Source: Xylanimicrobium pachnodae JCM 13526 = NBRC 107786
GTDB lineage: Bacteria > Actinomycetota > Actinomycetes > Actinomycetales > Cellulomonadaceae
Assembly: GCA_001592145.1 (NCBI GenBank)
Contig: BCWJ01000020.1
Span: 52,096 to 76,095, forward strand
Length of the DNA: 24,000 nt
Direction of reading: 5' to 3'
Shown: positions 1-8,746 of the stretch, piece after piece
Position numbering within the stretch: position 1 is the stretch's first letter
Layout: the number at the start of each line of letters is the position of its first letter
Notes under the pieces: generated by a model
The model's database searches: none
Told to the model about the DNA's origin: nothing
Seen by the model: the letters and a program-made list of their open reading frames with translations, nothing else
Translations under genes and position numbers: made by a program

Positions 1-1
1 C

Positions 2-286
2 CGGCTGCGCCTGACCATGAACTTCGACATCGTTAACCGGGCGGACTCGGTGGTGCGCAGCGAAGTGTGGACCTCGAACGGGTGGACCGAGGCGGTGGTG
101 GTGTTCCCCCACGACAAGGTCCTGGACTCCATCTACATCGCGATCAAGTACGCGGACGCCACCGCGGAGGTGAAGCGGGCCAAGCAGATCCGCATGTCGG
201 ACGACGCCGCGTTCCACGCGCTGGCCGGGCTGCTGCGCACCACGACCCTCGCCGTGGCCACACCTTCGCCGAGGGCGGCCACCTAG
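2..286 (+). CDS. hypothetical protein, 5' end outside window; paralog of 1003..1365
   Basis: The frame is open from base 2. RLRLTMNFDIVNRADSVVRSEVWTSNGWTEAVVVF aligns with RLRVTVDIDTSYREQSRISAEAWTEHGWAEVVRLF of ORF 1003..1365. Third codon positions are GC-rich. Stop TAG at 284-286. Confidence 0.55.
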   Translation, partial: RLRLTMNFDIVNRADSVVRSEVWTSNGWTEAVVVFPHDKVLDSIYIAIKYADATAEVKRAKQIRMSDDAAFHALAGLLRTTTLAVATPSPRAAT

Positions 287-323
287 CGCCGCACCGCCTC
301 TGCTGTCGGGCATCCTTGTTCTC

Positions 324-959
324 GTGGTGGTGAGGGGCGTCGACCGGGTGCAGGACTATGTGACGTTCCGGACCGCGCATGGCCGCGAGCCGAGCGCCGC
401 CCGGACCGTTCCTGGTGCGGAGCGCACGCTCGCCTTGTGGATCGGGGCGGCCCGCCGCGGGCAGGTCTCCCGCGACGCCCTGGCCCTGCTGGACCGGACG
501 GTACCCGGCTGGCGCGACGCGGGCGTGCTCGGGTTGAACCCCGCCTTCCGCGACCTGGTGCGACGGGCAGCGACCGCACTCGACACCGGGGTGCGCGACA
601 TCGAGGCGGAGCGGTGGCTGGCGAACCAGCGTCGCCAGGCCCGGGCCGGGGTGCTGGGCGCGGCGCGGGCCGCCGAACTCGACAAGGCGCTGAGCCCCGC
701 GTGGCGCGCAGACCGGGACCCGAACCAGCCGGTCCGGGCGTGGGCGGTGCGGGTCGCCGCATTCCGGGAGCAGCACGGGCTCTTGCCCCGGCGACGCACC
801 CCCAAACCGCTGGCGCCGGACGAGCACCGGTTGGGCCACTGGCTCGCGAACACGGCTCTCGCGGCGCGCCAGGGCACGCTTCTCGCCGAGCGCCGGGCCA
901 TCATCGACACCGTGCTCGGTCCAGGCTGGGACACCGCGCGCCGCGGACGGCGCGGATAG
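324..959 (+). CDS. helicase-associated (HA) domain repeat protein
   Basis: 211-aa ORF with a GTG start. It has repeated units of the type x-F-x3-HG-x-P...L-x-W/L...R-x-G-x-L...R-x3-L...PGW, for example YVTFRTAHGREPS..TLALWIGAARRGQVSRDALALLDRTVPGW and VAAFREQHGLLPRR..HRLGHWLANTALAARQGTLLAERRAIIDTVLGPGW. This is the helicase-associated domain pattern common in Streptomyces. Codon bias supports this frame. Confidence 0.65.
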   Translation: MVVRGVDRVQDYVTFRTAHGREPSAARTVPGAERTLALWIGAARRGQVSRDALALLDRTVPGWRDAGVLGLNPAFRDLVRRAATALDTGVRDIEAERWLANQRRQARAGVLGAARAAELDKALSPAWRADRDPNQPVRAWAVRVAAFREQHGLLPRRRTPKPLAPDEHRLGHWLANTALAARQGTLLAERRAIIDTVLGPGWDTARRGRRG

Positions 960-1002
960 CGGAACGGCACTGCGCGCGGACCACGGCGGTCCCCCGCCCC
1001 AC

Positions 1003-1365
1003 ATGGCAGGCATGAACCTGATCGAGACCACCACCCGCCGCCAGGGGCAGCACCACGGCGTCGTCACCGTCGAGGAACACGGCGCCGCCCGCCTGCGGGT
1101 CACCGTCGACATCGATACCTCGTACCGCGAGCAGTCCCGGATCTCCGCCGAGGCGTGGACCGAGCACGGCTGGGCGGAGGTAGTGCGCCTGTTCGCGGGC
1201 GACCCGACCCTGGACGCCGACTACGACGCAATCCGGTTGGGGAACGCCGCCGAGCAGGTCAAGCGTGGTTATAACGTGCGGTGGAGCGCGCAGGACGCGT
1301 TCGAACGGATCGCGGACCGGTTGCGGCACGCCGCCCTCGCGGTTCTGCAGCCCACCAGCGCCTGA
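1003..1365 (+). CDS. hypothetical protein, paralog of 2..286
   Basis: 120-aa ORF with an ATG start and GC-rich third positions. It shares the SxEAWTxxGWxEVV core and a C-terminal helical segment (DAFERIADRLRHAALAVL versus AAFHALAGLLRTTTLAV) with the left-edge ORF. Confidence 0.6.
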   Translation: MAGMNLIETTTRRQGQHHGVVTVEEHGAARLRVTVDIDTSYREQSRISAEAWTEHGWAEVVRLFAGDPTLDADYDAIRLGNAAEQVKRGYNVRWSAQDAFERIADRLRHAALAVLQPTSA

Positions 1366-1421
1366 CCGGAACCCATCACCCCTTATCCTTAGTACATGCG
1401 TTCGAACAGGGGTGGGGGCCG

Positions 1422-1724
1422 GTGGGGCTGAGGCGACGCGAGCCGTGGGACGGGGACCGGTCTCGGATCGAACGCGTCCCGCTGCGCGACTCCCCCGAGC
1501 AAGCCCCGGCCAAGCAACGCGCCGCCACCCCGGCCACCCGGCCCGAGACCCCGCTCCCGGTGCGTGTGTGGGTCACCCAGCGGCAGACCGGCGAGTTCGA
1601 AGCCAACGGGGTCGCCGTCGCGTGGACCACGCGGCAGGTCGAGGTGCGCTACATCGACCCGCACGGGCGCGAAGGGTTCGCGTGGGTGTGGGCGTCCGCC
1701 GTGACCCGCCGCGACGCCGACTAA
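1422..1724 (+). CDS. hypothetical small protein (start uncertain)
   Basis: The track ORF 1281..1724 overlaps the previous gene, so I trimmed it to the in-frame GTG at 1422, which follows a G-rich stretch. The C-terminal part (VRVWVTQRQTGEFEANGVAVAWTTRQVEVRYIDPHGREGFAWVWASAV) looks protein-like. The stop TAA 1722-1724 overlaps the convergent stop of the gyrA-like gene. No homology recognised. Confidence 0.35.
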   Translation: MGLRRREPWDGDRSRIERVPLRDSPEQAPAKQRAATPATRPETPLPVRVWVTQRQTGEFEANGVAVAWTTRQVEVRYIDPHGREGFAWVWASAVTRRDAD

Positions 1725-4510
1725 CCTCGGGCGCCTTGGCGTGGCTTCTGCGCCTTGGTGAGCAACGGGAGGCCCCCGAGGTTGGTCAACTGGGTGATCT
1801 TCTCGATCTGATCGGTGTGGTTGAACGTGTTCGCGCCCGTACCGGCCTTGCCCTGGCGGCTGATCGCGTCCACCTGGATCGTCTTGACCGCGCCGTCCGC
1901 GTATACCGCCGAGATGTACGGCGACTCGACGTACGCGACGTAGACCAAGGGGTCTTCCTCGGGGACCTTTGTGCCCTGAATCTTCGTCCGTCGCGTGGCC
2001 ACGGCGAGGCCGTCACCGGGCATGATCTTCGCCGCGCCGGACGCGTACACCAGCACCAGGTCGCGCGTGATGACCTCGCTGTAGACGCCGGTGAACACCC
2101 CACCCTCGGCCTCGGCAGCACCCCAGAAGAACTCCAGGGTGCCGTCGGCGAGCATCTGTACTGCGGCGTCGTTCTTGTCACGCGGCGACGGTGTGGTGCC
2201 GCGCTTGGCGGTCCCGCTGGTCGGGTCGGTGACGTCCTGGAACCGCTGCGTCTCCTTGAGCACCGGAAGGTCCTGGATGTTGAACTTGACGTGCTCGCGT
2301 GTCAGGTACTCGCCCCGGGCGTCCTTGTCGATGACGTAGACGGCGTCCACTCGGTCGCCGTCCTTCTCGTAGAAGGTTTGCGCGCCAGCGCCGGACGCGC
2401 TGCCCTGGAACTTGATCGCGTCGAGCGGTAGCCGCTTGAACAGACTGCCCTTGACCACGACCACGTCCTGCTGCTCGAACGCCTCGGGGGCGTGGATGGA
2501 GACGTGCACCAGCGGGTCGGACTCGAACTTGGACGCATAGAAGTCGACCTGCTTGCGCAGCGTCTTGGTGATCAACTTCGACCCCGACGTGGCGAACCGC
2601 TTGGCCAGGCCGAGCGACGACACGGTGAACATCTGGGTGCCCTCAGCCTCGATGTGCTTCCGAGTCGTCATCAGCAGGACCGACTCGGATGCACTCAGAC
2701 CGTTCTCGGCGAACACCGAGACCATGTTGTCACCACGATCGGTCGACCTCGCGGAATGCTTGCGCAGCCGGGCGAACGGCACCTGGTACTGGTTCCCGGC
2801 GTCGGTGAAGAGCAGCAGCAGGTTGTCGTCCGTGGTGTCGAGCACCTCGATCACGTCGTCGTCAGACACGGTGCGGCGGTCGGTGTACTTGATGTACCCG
2901 TACTTGTCGCGGGTGACGGTCACGTCCGTGACGATCACCTGCTCCTTGAACGACCTGAGTGTGTCAGCACCGAGCAAGGTGGTCTTGCGCTCCCCGTACC
3001 CGGCCTTGGTGAGGTCCTTGATCGCCGCGCCGAGTCGGTCGGTCAGGACTCGCACCCGCTCGTCAGGGTCGGTGATCTTGATGTCGGCGTCAGCGATGGT
3101 CTGTTCGAGGTCTCGCCTCTCCTCGATCATCTTGGCCGCGTCGATCCGGTTCAACTGGTAGACGCGCATCATGGCCAGGGCGTCAGCCTGCGCCTCGGTG
3201 TACGAGAACTCGGCCTTCTGCCCGGGAACTCGCTTGCTGCCGCGCAGCACCTCGATGAGGTCGGCCTTGCCGTCGGTGTTCTGAGCCGCGTGGATCAGGG
3301 CATCCAGGTTCGCCGGGACGGTGACCAGGGCGTTGACGATCTCAAGTCGAGCGACCGCCTTGCGTCGGATCGCCTTGAACTCCCGCACGATCAGCGTGTG
3401 CTGGAACGCTGCGAACGACTCCAGGTACCCCATCAGGTTGAACACCCTGGGCGTCTTGCCGTCCAGGGCCATCCACTGCAACGAGTACGTCTGCCGCAGG
3501 TCGGTCTTGGTGAGCAGCATCAACCTGGCCTGCTCGTGGTCGAACCCCGGCTGCAAGGTCACTTCCAGCCGCACCCGGTTGGCCGCGATGTCTTCTGGGC
3601 CGGTGAAGTCGTCAATCTCCTTGATGCCACGCAGCCGGTTGTCAAAGATCATGTCCTTGACCTTCTCGACGTACCCGCTCACAGCCCCGGCCATGTTGTA
3701 CGGAACCTGGGTGATGACCAGGCCGTTGGGACTGTCCGGGCTGTCGATGATGACGCCTTCGTTCTGGAGCCGCCCCACTCCGGTGGAGTAGTACTCGTCC
3801 AGGTCCCCGATGAGAACCCCGCCCGTCGGCAGGTCAGGCCCCCCGAGGATGCCGAGTGCGGTCGCGAGGCGCATCTTCGGGTTCTTCAGGTACTCGCGCA
3901 GCAGCCTGGTGGCGTCGACCGGGTTGTGCGGGGCGATGGCGGAGGTGAACCCGACGGCGATGCCCGTCTTGACGCCGTTGATCAGCAGCATCGGCAACTG
4001 GACGGGGAACACCTTTGGCAGTTCAAGGGTGTTGTCGTAGTTCGCCTCGTAGGGCACCAGGTCCTTGGACAGCCGGTCCACGAACGCCTGCCCGTACTCG
4101 GACAGACGCACCTCGGTGTACCGAGGCGCAGCCGAAGCGTTGCCGGAGATGTCATGGAACGAGCCGCGACCGTCGATCATCGGTAGATGGAAGGTGAACG
4201 GTTCGGTCAGGTACACCATCGAGGAATACGACCCGGCGTGCGGGTGGTACTTGCCCATGACGTCACCCTCGACCTGCTGCGCCTTGCGATGTTTGGACGT
4301 CGGGGCCAGTTTCATCTGGTGCATCGCGAACAGGATGCGGCGCTGCACCGGCTTGAGACCGTCATCAAAGCGAGGGATCGCACGGTCGGTGGCGACAGCG
4401 ATGGCGTAGTCCAGGAACTCTTGCCTGTTGACCCCGACGATGTCGGTGTCCTCGACGTTGTCCAAGGTCAGGTCGATGACATGCTGGCTGGTCTTCGGCG
4501 TACGGGGCAT
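1721..4510 (-). CDS. type IIA DNA topoisomerase subunit A (GyrA/ParC-like), divergent
   Basis: GyrA/ParC hallmarks: DGLKPVQRRILFAM, GKYHPH, active-site tyrosine context AAPRYTEVRL, PDLPTGG, and a long C-terminal repeat region. I prefer the ATG at 4510 (1 nt after the gyrB-like stop) over the track's TTG at 4531. Confidence 0.9.
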   Translation of the reverse strand: MPRTPKTSQHVIDLTLDNVEDTDIVGVNRQEFLDYAIAVATDRAIPRFDDGLKPVQRRILFAMHQMKLAPTSKHRKAQQVEGDVMGKYHPHAGSYSSMVYLTEPFTFHLPMIDGRGSFHDISGNASAAPRYTEVRLSEYGQAFVDRLSKDLVPYEANYDNTLELPKVFPVQLPMLLINGVKTGIAVGFTSAIAPHNPVDATRLLREYLKNPKMRLATALGILGGPDLPTGGVLIGDLDEYYSTGVGRLQNEGVIIDSPDSPNGLVITQVPYNMAGAVSGYVEKVKDMIFDNRLRGIKEIDDFTGPEDIAANRVRLEVTLQPGFDHEQARLMLLTKTDLRQTYSLQWMALDGKTPRVFNLMGYLESFAAFQHTLIVREFKAIRRKAVARLEIVNALVTVPANLDALIHAAQNTDGKADLIEVLRGSKRVPGQKAEFSYTEAQADALAMMRVYQLNRIDAAKMIEERRDLEQTIADADIKITDPDERVRVLTDRLGAAIKDLTKAGYGERKTTLLGADTLRSFKEQVIVTDVTVTRDKYGYIKYTDRRTVSDDDVIEVLDTTDDNLLLLFTDAGNQYQVPFARLRKHSARSTDRGDNMVSVFAENGLSASESVLLMTTRKHIEAEGTQMFTVSSLGLAKRFATSGSKLITKTLRKQVDFYASKFESDPLVHVSIHAPEAFEQQDVVVVKGSLFKRLPLDAIKFQGSASGAGAQTFYEKDGDRVDAVYVIDKDARGEYLTREHVKFNIQDLPVLKETQRFQDVTDPTSGTAKRGTTPSPRDKNDAAVQMLADGTLEFFWGAAEAEGGVFTGVYSEVITRDLVLVYASGAAKIMPGDGLAVATRRTKIQGTKVPEEDPLVYVAYVESPYISAVYADGAVKTIQVDAISRQGKAGTGANTFNHTDQIEKITQLTNLGGLPLLTKAQKPRQGARG

Positions 4511-4511
4511 C

Positions 4512-6533
4512 TCAGTTCTCGACCTTTGCAAACTCGGCGTTCTCCATCAGGAACTCGCGGCGCTGTGGCACGTCGGTTCCCATGAGCAGTTGCATGTTCT
4601 CGGCGGCGTTGTCGAAGTCGTTGGCGACGTACCGGTACAGCCTGCGGGTGCCTGGGGTGTTCATCCACAGGCCGGTCTTCTCGTCACCGATCTCTCCGAG
4701 ACCCTTGTTACGCAACGTCTCGACGATGCTCTTGCCGTGCTTCTCGACGATCGCGTCCTGCTCGGCGTCGTTGTAGGCGAGTACCGTGCTCCCGCCCCTC
4801 AGGACGTTCTCGTACAGGGGTGTCATCACCCGGTACAGGTGTCCGTTCTGGATCAACTTCGGCATGTACTCGAAGAAGAACGCTTGCAGGAGCATCGAGA
4901 TGTTGGAGCCGTCAGGGTCGGCGTCGGTGGCGATGATGACCTTGTCGTACTTCAATTTGGCTTCGTCGTACTTGGCGCCGATCCCGCACCCGAGCGCGGT
5001 GACGATGGTGGCGATCTCGGCGTTCTTGAACAGCCGGTCAGGGGTGGTCTTGAGCGCGTTGATGATCTTGCCGCGCAGCGGGAACACCGCCTGGAACAGT
5101 CCGTCGCCGTTCAATCGCATGCGGACCAGCGAACCGGCGGCAGAGTCCCCCTCCACGATGAAGATTTCAGCGGACTGAACGCCGCGCTCGCCGCGCAGCC
5201 TCTTGGCTGGCTTCAACTTCTTGGAGACTGCCGCCTTGTTCTCCTTCGTCTCGACCTTGATGGACGACAGGTCGGAGAACTTCTTACGGTCGGCGGCACG
5301 CGCCAGTGCCTGCTTGATGATTTTCTCGACGTCGCCGATCGCCTTGTCGAAGCAGAACATGCCCTGCTCCTTGACGACCGCGGTCACAGCCTGCTTGGCG
5401 AACGTGTCCGACAGTTGGTCCTTGGTCTGCGAGGAGTACGTCGGGGCGGTGTGCAAGATGGATACCACGGCCAGCATGCCGGGCTTCAGGTCGCGCTGCT
5501 CGATGGTGTCCTTGGACAAGTTGAACTTGCGGGCGTAGTCATTCATCAACTTGGCGATGCCCGTGTTGAACCCATCTACGTGGGTGCCGCCCGCAGCGTT
5601 GTAGAGCACGTTCGTGAACCCGGTCTGAGCGATGTCGGGCCCGTTGGACCAAGCCACGGCAATCTTCGCCTGGACCGTCTTGTCGCCGTCAACGAATGAG
5701 CCGTCGAACTCGTGAATGTCCGTGATCAGCGAGTGACCGTCCGGCAAGTGTGTGGCCAGGTCGCAGATGTACTCGCGCAGCCCGCCAGCCTTGTGGATGG
5801 TGACGGTTTCCCCGGTGGCTTCATGCGTGACGTGGTAGGTCGCCTGGGAGTTGAGGTAAGCGAGCCGGGTCAGGTCGTGGACGATGAAGTCGTAGTCGAA
5901 GGTGGCGTTCTCGAAGCAGTCCTCGGAGGGGAGGAACCTGATCTCGGTGCCGTGGTAGCCGGGTTCGGCTCCGTCGGGCAGGTTCTTGCCAGTCTGCTCC
6001 TGGGCGCGGTATGCGCCCTTGGACGTCAGTGCAACCTCCGCAGTGCCCGGCTCGCCGGTCTTCTCGTCGAGCCCCAGCCGGTCGTGGAAGAACTTCCCGT
6101 CGGACCAGATGCGCAGTTCAACCCAGTCGGACAGTGCGGTGATCGCCTTGGCACCCACACCGTTGGTTCCGGCAGACACCGAGTGCGCGTCCTCGTAGTG
6201 GGAGCCAGTGTTGGGGATGGCGATGGCTGCGCGCGCCATCGGCATGAGGTAGTCATCCCCGCACTGAACACCTCGGTCCTTGTCCGCGGTCGCCATGACC
6301 TGGGTTGGCATGCCGCGACCGTTGTCACGAACCGACAAAGACCCGTCAGCGTGCAGGGTGAACCAGGCGTCGGTGGCGAACTGGTTGATGATCTCGTCGT
6401 TGGCGTTGTCTCGCGCCTCGCGGTACAGGTGGTAGGCGTTGGCGTTCGACCCGATGTACATGCCGTACCGGGTGCGGATGTGCCTGAGCCCGGAGAGGGT
6501 CTTGATCTCCTGGCTGGTCTGCGTGATGGACAA
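4512..6533 (-). CDS. type IIA DNA topoisomerase subunit B (GyrB/ParE-like)
   Basis: GHKL ATPase motifs (LSGLRHIRTRYGMYIG, RDNANDEI, DNGRGMP, GTNGVGAKA). TOPRIM motifs (FIVEGDSAAGS, PLRGKIINALK, IIATDADPDGSNIS). TTG start with GGAAG/AGGA 9-15 nt upstream. Sits directly upstream of the subunit A gene. Confidence 0.9.
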   Translation of the reverse strand: MSITQTSQEIKTLSGLRHIRTRYGMYIGSNANAYHLYREARDNANDEIINQFATDAWFTLHADGSLSVRDNGRGMPTQVMATADKDRGVQCGDDYLMPMARAAIAIPNTGSHYEDAHSVSAGTNGVGAKAITALSDWVELRIWSDGKFFHDRLGLDEKTGEPGTAEVALTSKGAYRAQEQTGKNLPDGAEPGYHGTEIRFLPSEDCFENATFDYDFIVHDLTRLAYLNSQATYHVTHEATGETVTIHKAGGLREYICDLATHLPDGHSLITDIHEFDGSFVDGDKTVQAKIAVAWSNGPDIAQTGFTNVLYNAAGGTHVDGFNTGIAKLMNDYARKFNLSKDTIEQRDLKPGMLAVVSILHTAPTYSSQTKDQLSDTFAKQAVTAVVKEQGMFCFDKAIGDVEKIIKQALARAADRKKFSDLSSIKVETKENKAAVSKKLKPAKRLRGERGVQSAEIFIVEGDSAAGSLVRMRLNGDGLFQAVFPLRGKIINALKTTPDRLFKNAEIATIVTALGCGIGAKYDEAKLKYDKVIIATDADPDGSNISMLLQAFFFEYMPKLIQNGHLYRVMTPLYENVLRGGSTVLAYNDAEQDAIVEKHGKSIVETLRNKGLGEIGDEKTGLWMNTPGTRRLYRYVANDFDNAAENMQLLMGTDVPQRREFLMENAEFAKVEN

Positions 6534-6623
6534 CAGGCGGGTCCTAACTTCCGAGGGACGAGGGCGAACGGTGCCGCACCTTTCGTATGTGGGTTGACGG
6601 CACCCGCCTGATCCGAAGCACCG

Positions 6624-7274
6624 TCATCGGCGCTCGCCCACGGCCAGGACCGGGGCGACCAGGGTGGCCGCCATCTCGCGGTCCTGGGCGGGGATCTTGC
6701 CCGCCTGTTCGTAGTCGGCGCTGATGTCTGCCGCGTCCCACGTCGGCAGCGGTGTGGCGTGAGGGGCGCACACGCAGCCGCGGGTTCGCCGGGTGCGCTC
6801 CGGGCAGCCGCACCCGGCGGCGGGCCACTGCGCGTCCAGGTCGGCCTGCAACGCGTCCACGCTGGCGTACGCGAGTCCGTCCACGTCCCATAGGCGCCCG
6901 TCTGGGGTGCGCCCGTACGCGTGGCTCCACTCCACCAACGGGTTCCCGTCCGCGTCGTCCTCCCCGTCGACCGGTTCGTAGCGCAGCACCACGTCCCCGC
7001 CGGTCGCGTCCGCGACCGCGAGAGCCAGGGCCAGGCAGTGACCGTTGCGGTACGCGTGCCGGGCGTTGTCGTCGAGCAGTCCGGGTGTCACGGTCACCGC
7101 GGTGATCGGGTCGCCGTCCTCGTCGCACACCGGGTCGAGCCAGTTGTCGATCAGGGCCAAGGACGCCGGACCGGTCACCTCCCCGCCCAGGTCGTACCCC
7201 GGCGCGGGACCGCCCCCGGTCGCGTACCGGCCTGCGCCGTCGTGCAGGGCCCCGCGGATGTCGATCGTGGTCAC
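6624..7274 (-). CDS. N-terminal-module family protein A (unknown C-terminal body)
   Basis: GTG start. N-terminus MTTIDIRGALHDGAGRYATGGGPAPGYDLGGE matches the 12-member module. The CCGGACAAG core ends 8 nt before the start, with no Shine-Dalgarno. Codon bias is good. Confidence 0.7.
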   Translation of the reverse strand: MTTIDIRGALHDGAGRYATGGGPAPGYDLGGEVTGPASLALIDNWLDPVCDEDGDPITAVTVTPGLLDDNARHAYRNGHCLALALAVADATGGDVVLRYEPVDGEDDADGNPLVEWSHAYGRTPDGRLWDVDGLAYASVDALQADLDAQWPAAGCGCPERTRRTRGCVCAPHATPLPTWDAADISADYEQAGKIPAQDREMAATLVAPVLAVGERR

Positions 7275-7278
7275 ACCG

Positions 7279-7291
7279 GGTACTTGTCCGG
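7279..7291 (-). promoter_or_regulatory. CCGGACAAGTACC motif, copy 1 (upstream of gene A)
   Basis: The plus strand reads GGTACTTGTCCGG. The core CCGGACAAG is exactly 8 nt from the GTG start at 7274. Confidence 0.6.
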
Positions 7292-7324
7292 CGAGCGGTC
7301 ACCTGCTTCGCCGAGCGGTGGAGG

Positions 7325-7344
7325 CCCCGTCCTTCAGGGCGGGG
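7325..7344. repeat. hairpin CCCCGTCC-TTCA-GGGCGGGG (putative right-end structure of the IscB element)
   Basis: 8-bp stem (one G-U/mismatch position) with a 4-nt loop, 50 nt downstream of the iscB stop. It is near-identical to the hairpin at 9108-9127. Confidence 0.5.
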
Positions 7345-7393
7345 AGGAAACCGCGTCGAGACGGTGTTCGGAACGTGGGTTGGTCGTTCTGGT

Positions 7394-8746
7394 TCACTTC
7401 TCGTCTCCGGTGAGGGTTGGTGTGGTCTGGTAGGTGTAGCCATCGCCGCGTTGGAGCAGCCGGACGTGTTTGTGGTTGATGCCCTGGATGGTGGTGTGGG
7501 CGGTGGTGATGTTGAAGGAGCCGGTGGCGCGTACCGCGACCCGGCCCACGTGGGTGCCTTGCTTCTTGCCGGTGGGGACGACGGCGCGTACGAGGTCGCC
7601 GGTGGCGTATCCGTGGTGGATCTTGGTGCGGTTGACCTTGGCTGGGGTGCCGTCTTTGGTGGTGCGGGGGAACCCGTACTTGTCGACGTTGACCCGCCGG
7701 TAGCGGCCCCGTCCGGCGCAGGTGACCACCAGGGTGGTGGCGGGCCACCCGGTGACACCTGTGACGTCTCCGACGCACAGGGCGTCCAACGCGTGCGTCT
7801 TTGGCACGGCGTGGACGGTGCGGTTGTACTTGGTGCGTCCGCCCGTGGACGTTTTGACCGGGAACCCGCGTGCTTCGATCGCGTGGGTTAGCGCCCACCT
7901 CGTGGAGTTGACGGCTGCCGCGTCCCGCAACGGGCGTTTGAGCCCGGCCTTGACCCGTGCCAGCCGGGCAGGGTCGCAGGCGAGGAACACCTCGACGGGT
8001 TGTGCGTCCTTGGCCTGGTTGCAGGTCACGCAGGCGAGCACGAGGTTGGAGACCCGGTTGGACCCGCCCTTCGACCGGGGTCGCACGTGGTCGATGTTCA
8101 GGGGCACGCCGGTGGCGTCGCAGTACACGCAGGTGTGTCGGTACTTGGTCAGAAGGTATTCGCGGGCTTCGAACCCGGCCAGGGTGCCTTGCTGGTACTC
8201 GACCCCGCCGATTTCGGGGTTCTCCATCGCTTGGGTGTCGAAGCGGACGGCTTCAACGTGCACGCCAGTAATGGGTGCCCATCTGGTGAGTCGGTCCACC
8301 CAGGACAGGGTCGTGACCACCCGGTGCCGGGTGGACGGTGCCAGCCACGTGTTGAGCCCGTCGACGGGGTGACGGCGTCGGTTGTCGAACCTCGGTGCGC
8401 GGTAGCGCAGGTTCCGCGACCGGCGGCCCCGGCGTAACTGTGCGCGGGAGGTCATCGCATTCTTGATGGTCAGGCCCCGGTGGACCAGGTCGATCAAGGT
8501 CACCGCTGTGCGTTCACCGTCCCGGGTGGTGGTGAACAGGGCCAGGCCGGAGTGTTTGCTGCCGGGGTCGATGCCGAGTTCCACACCATCGACATCGATC
8601 CCGGGGGTGGTCGCGTCCACGTCGACCAGGCGGATGATGAACGGGACGACCCGGTGGACTCGGGCGCGTCCTTTGCGCAGCAGTTCGCGTGCGCGGGCAG
8701 GACGGGTCGGCATCAAGGGCCGACCGTGACGGTCGAGCACGAACAC
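7394..8746 (-). CDS. iscB: IscB, RNA-guided RuvC/HNH nuclease (RRXRR-HNH family)
   Basis: PLMP domain (FVLDRHGRPLMPTRPARARELLRKGRA). RuvC-I (GIDPGSKHSGLALF). Arginine-rich bridge helix (RRGRRSRNLRYRAPRFDNRRR). HNH (CVYCDATGVPLNIDHVRPRSKGGSNRVSNLVLACVTCNQAKD). RuvC-III (HALDALCVG). C-terminal TAM-interaction-like region (GDLVRAVVPTGKKQGTHVGRVAVRATGSFNI...QGINHKHVRLLQRGDGYTY). Start placed at the GTG at 8746, just before the PLMP domain. The track's extension to 9079 is low-complexity and likely non-coding. Confidence 0.85.
   Translation of the reverse strand: MFVLDRHGRPLMPTRPARARELLRKGRARVHRVVPFIIRLVDVDATTPGIDVDGVELGIDPGSKHSGLALFTTTRDGERTAVTLIDLVHRGLTIKNAMTSRAQLRRGRRSRNLRYRAPRFDNRRRHPVDGLNTWLAPSTRHRVVTTLSWVDRLTRWAPITGVHVEAVRFDTQAMENPEIGGVEYQQGTLAGFEAREYLLTKYRHTCVYCDATGVPLNIDHVRPRSKGGSNRVSNLVLACVTCNQAKDAQPVEVFLACDPARLARVKAGLKRPLRDAAAVNSTRWALTHAIEARGFPVKTSTGGRTKYNRTVHAVPKTHALDALCVGDVTGVTGWPATTLVVTCAGRGRYRRVNVDKYGFPRTTKDGTPAKVNRTKIHHGYATGDLVRAVVPTGKKQGTHVGRVAVRATGSFNITTAHTTIQGINHKHVRLLQRGDGYTYQTTPTLTGDEK

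Noticed and set aside
2492-4186. Long + strand ORF (564 aa) antisense to the gyrA-like gene; similar cases at 144..1112(-), 1265..2431(+), 4428..5699(+), 10774..12495(+), 13568..14725(+), 17830..18732(+), 22467..23546(+)
   Set aside because: These are shadow ORFs typical of high-GC DNA. Their translations are R/G/P/V-rich and low-complexity. They overlap genes with clear homology or the conserved module on the other strand, and their third positions lack the G/C bias of the real frame.
6570-6604. Stem-loop GGTGCCG-N21-CGGCACC between gene A and the gyrB-like gene, considered as a terminator
   Set aside because: The 21-nt loop and the lack of a U-tract make it a poor intrinsic terminator. It may be regulatory, but I cannot support a call.
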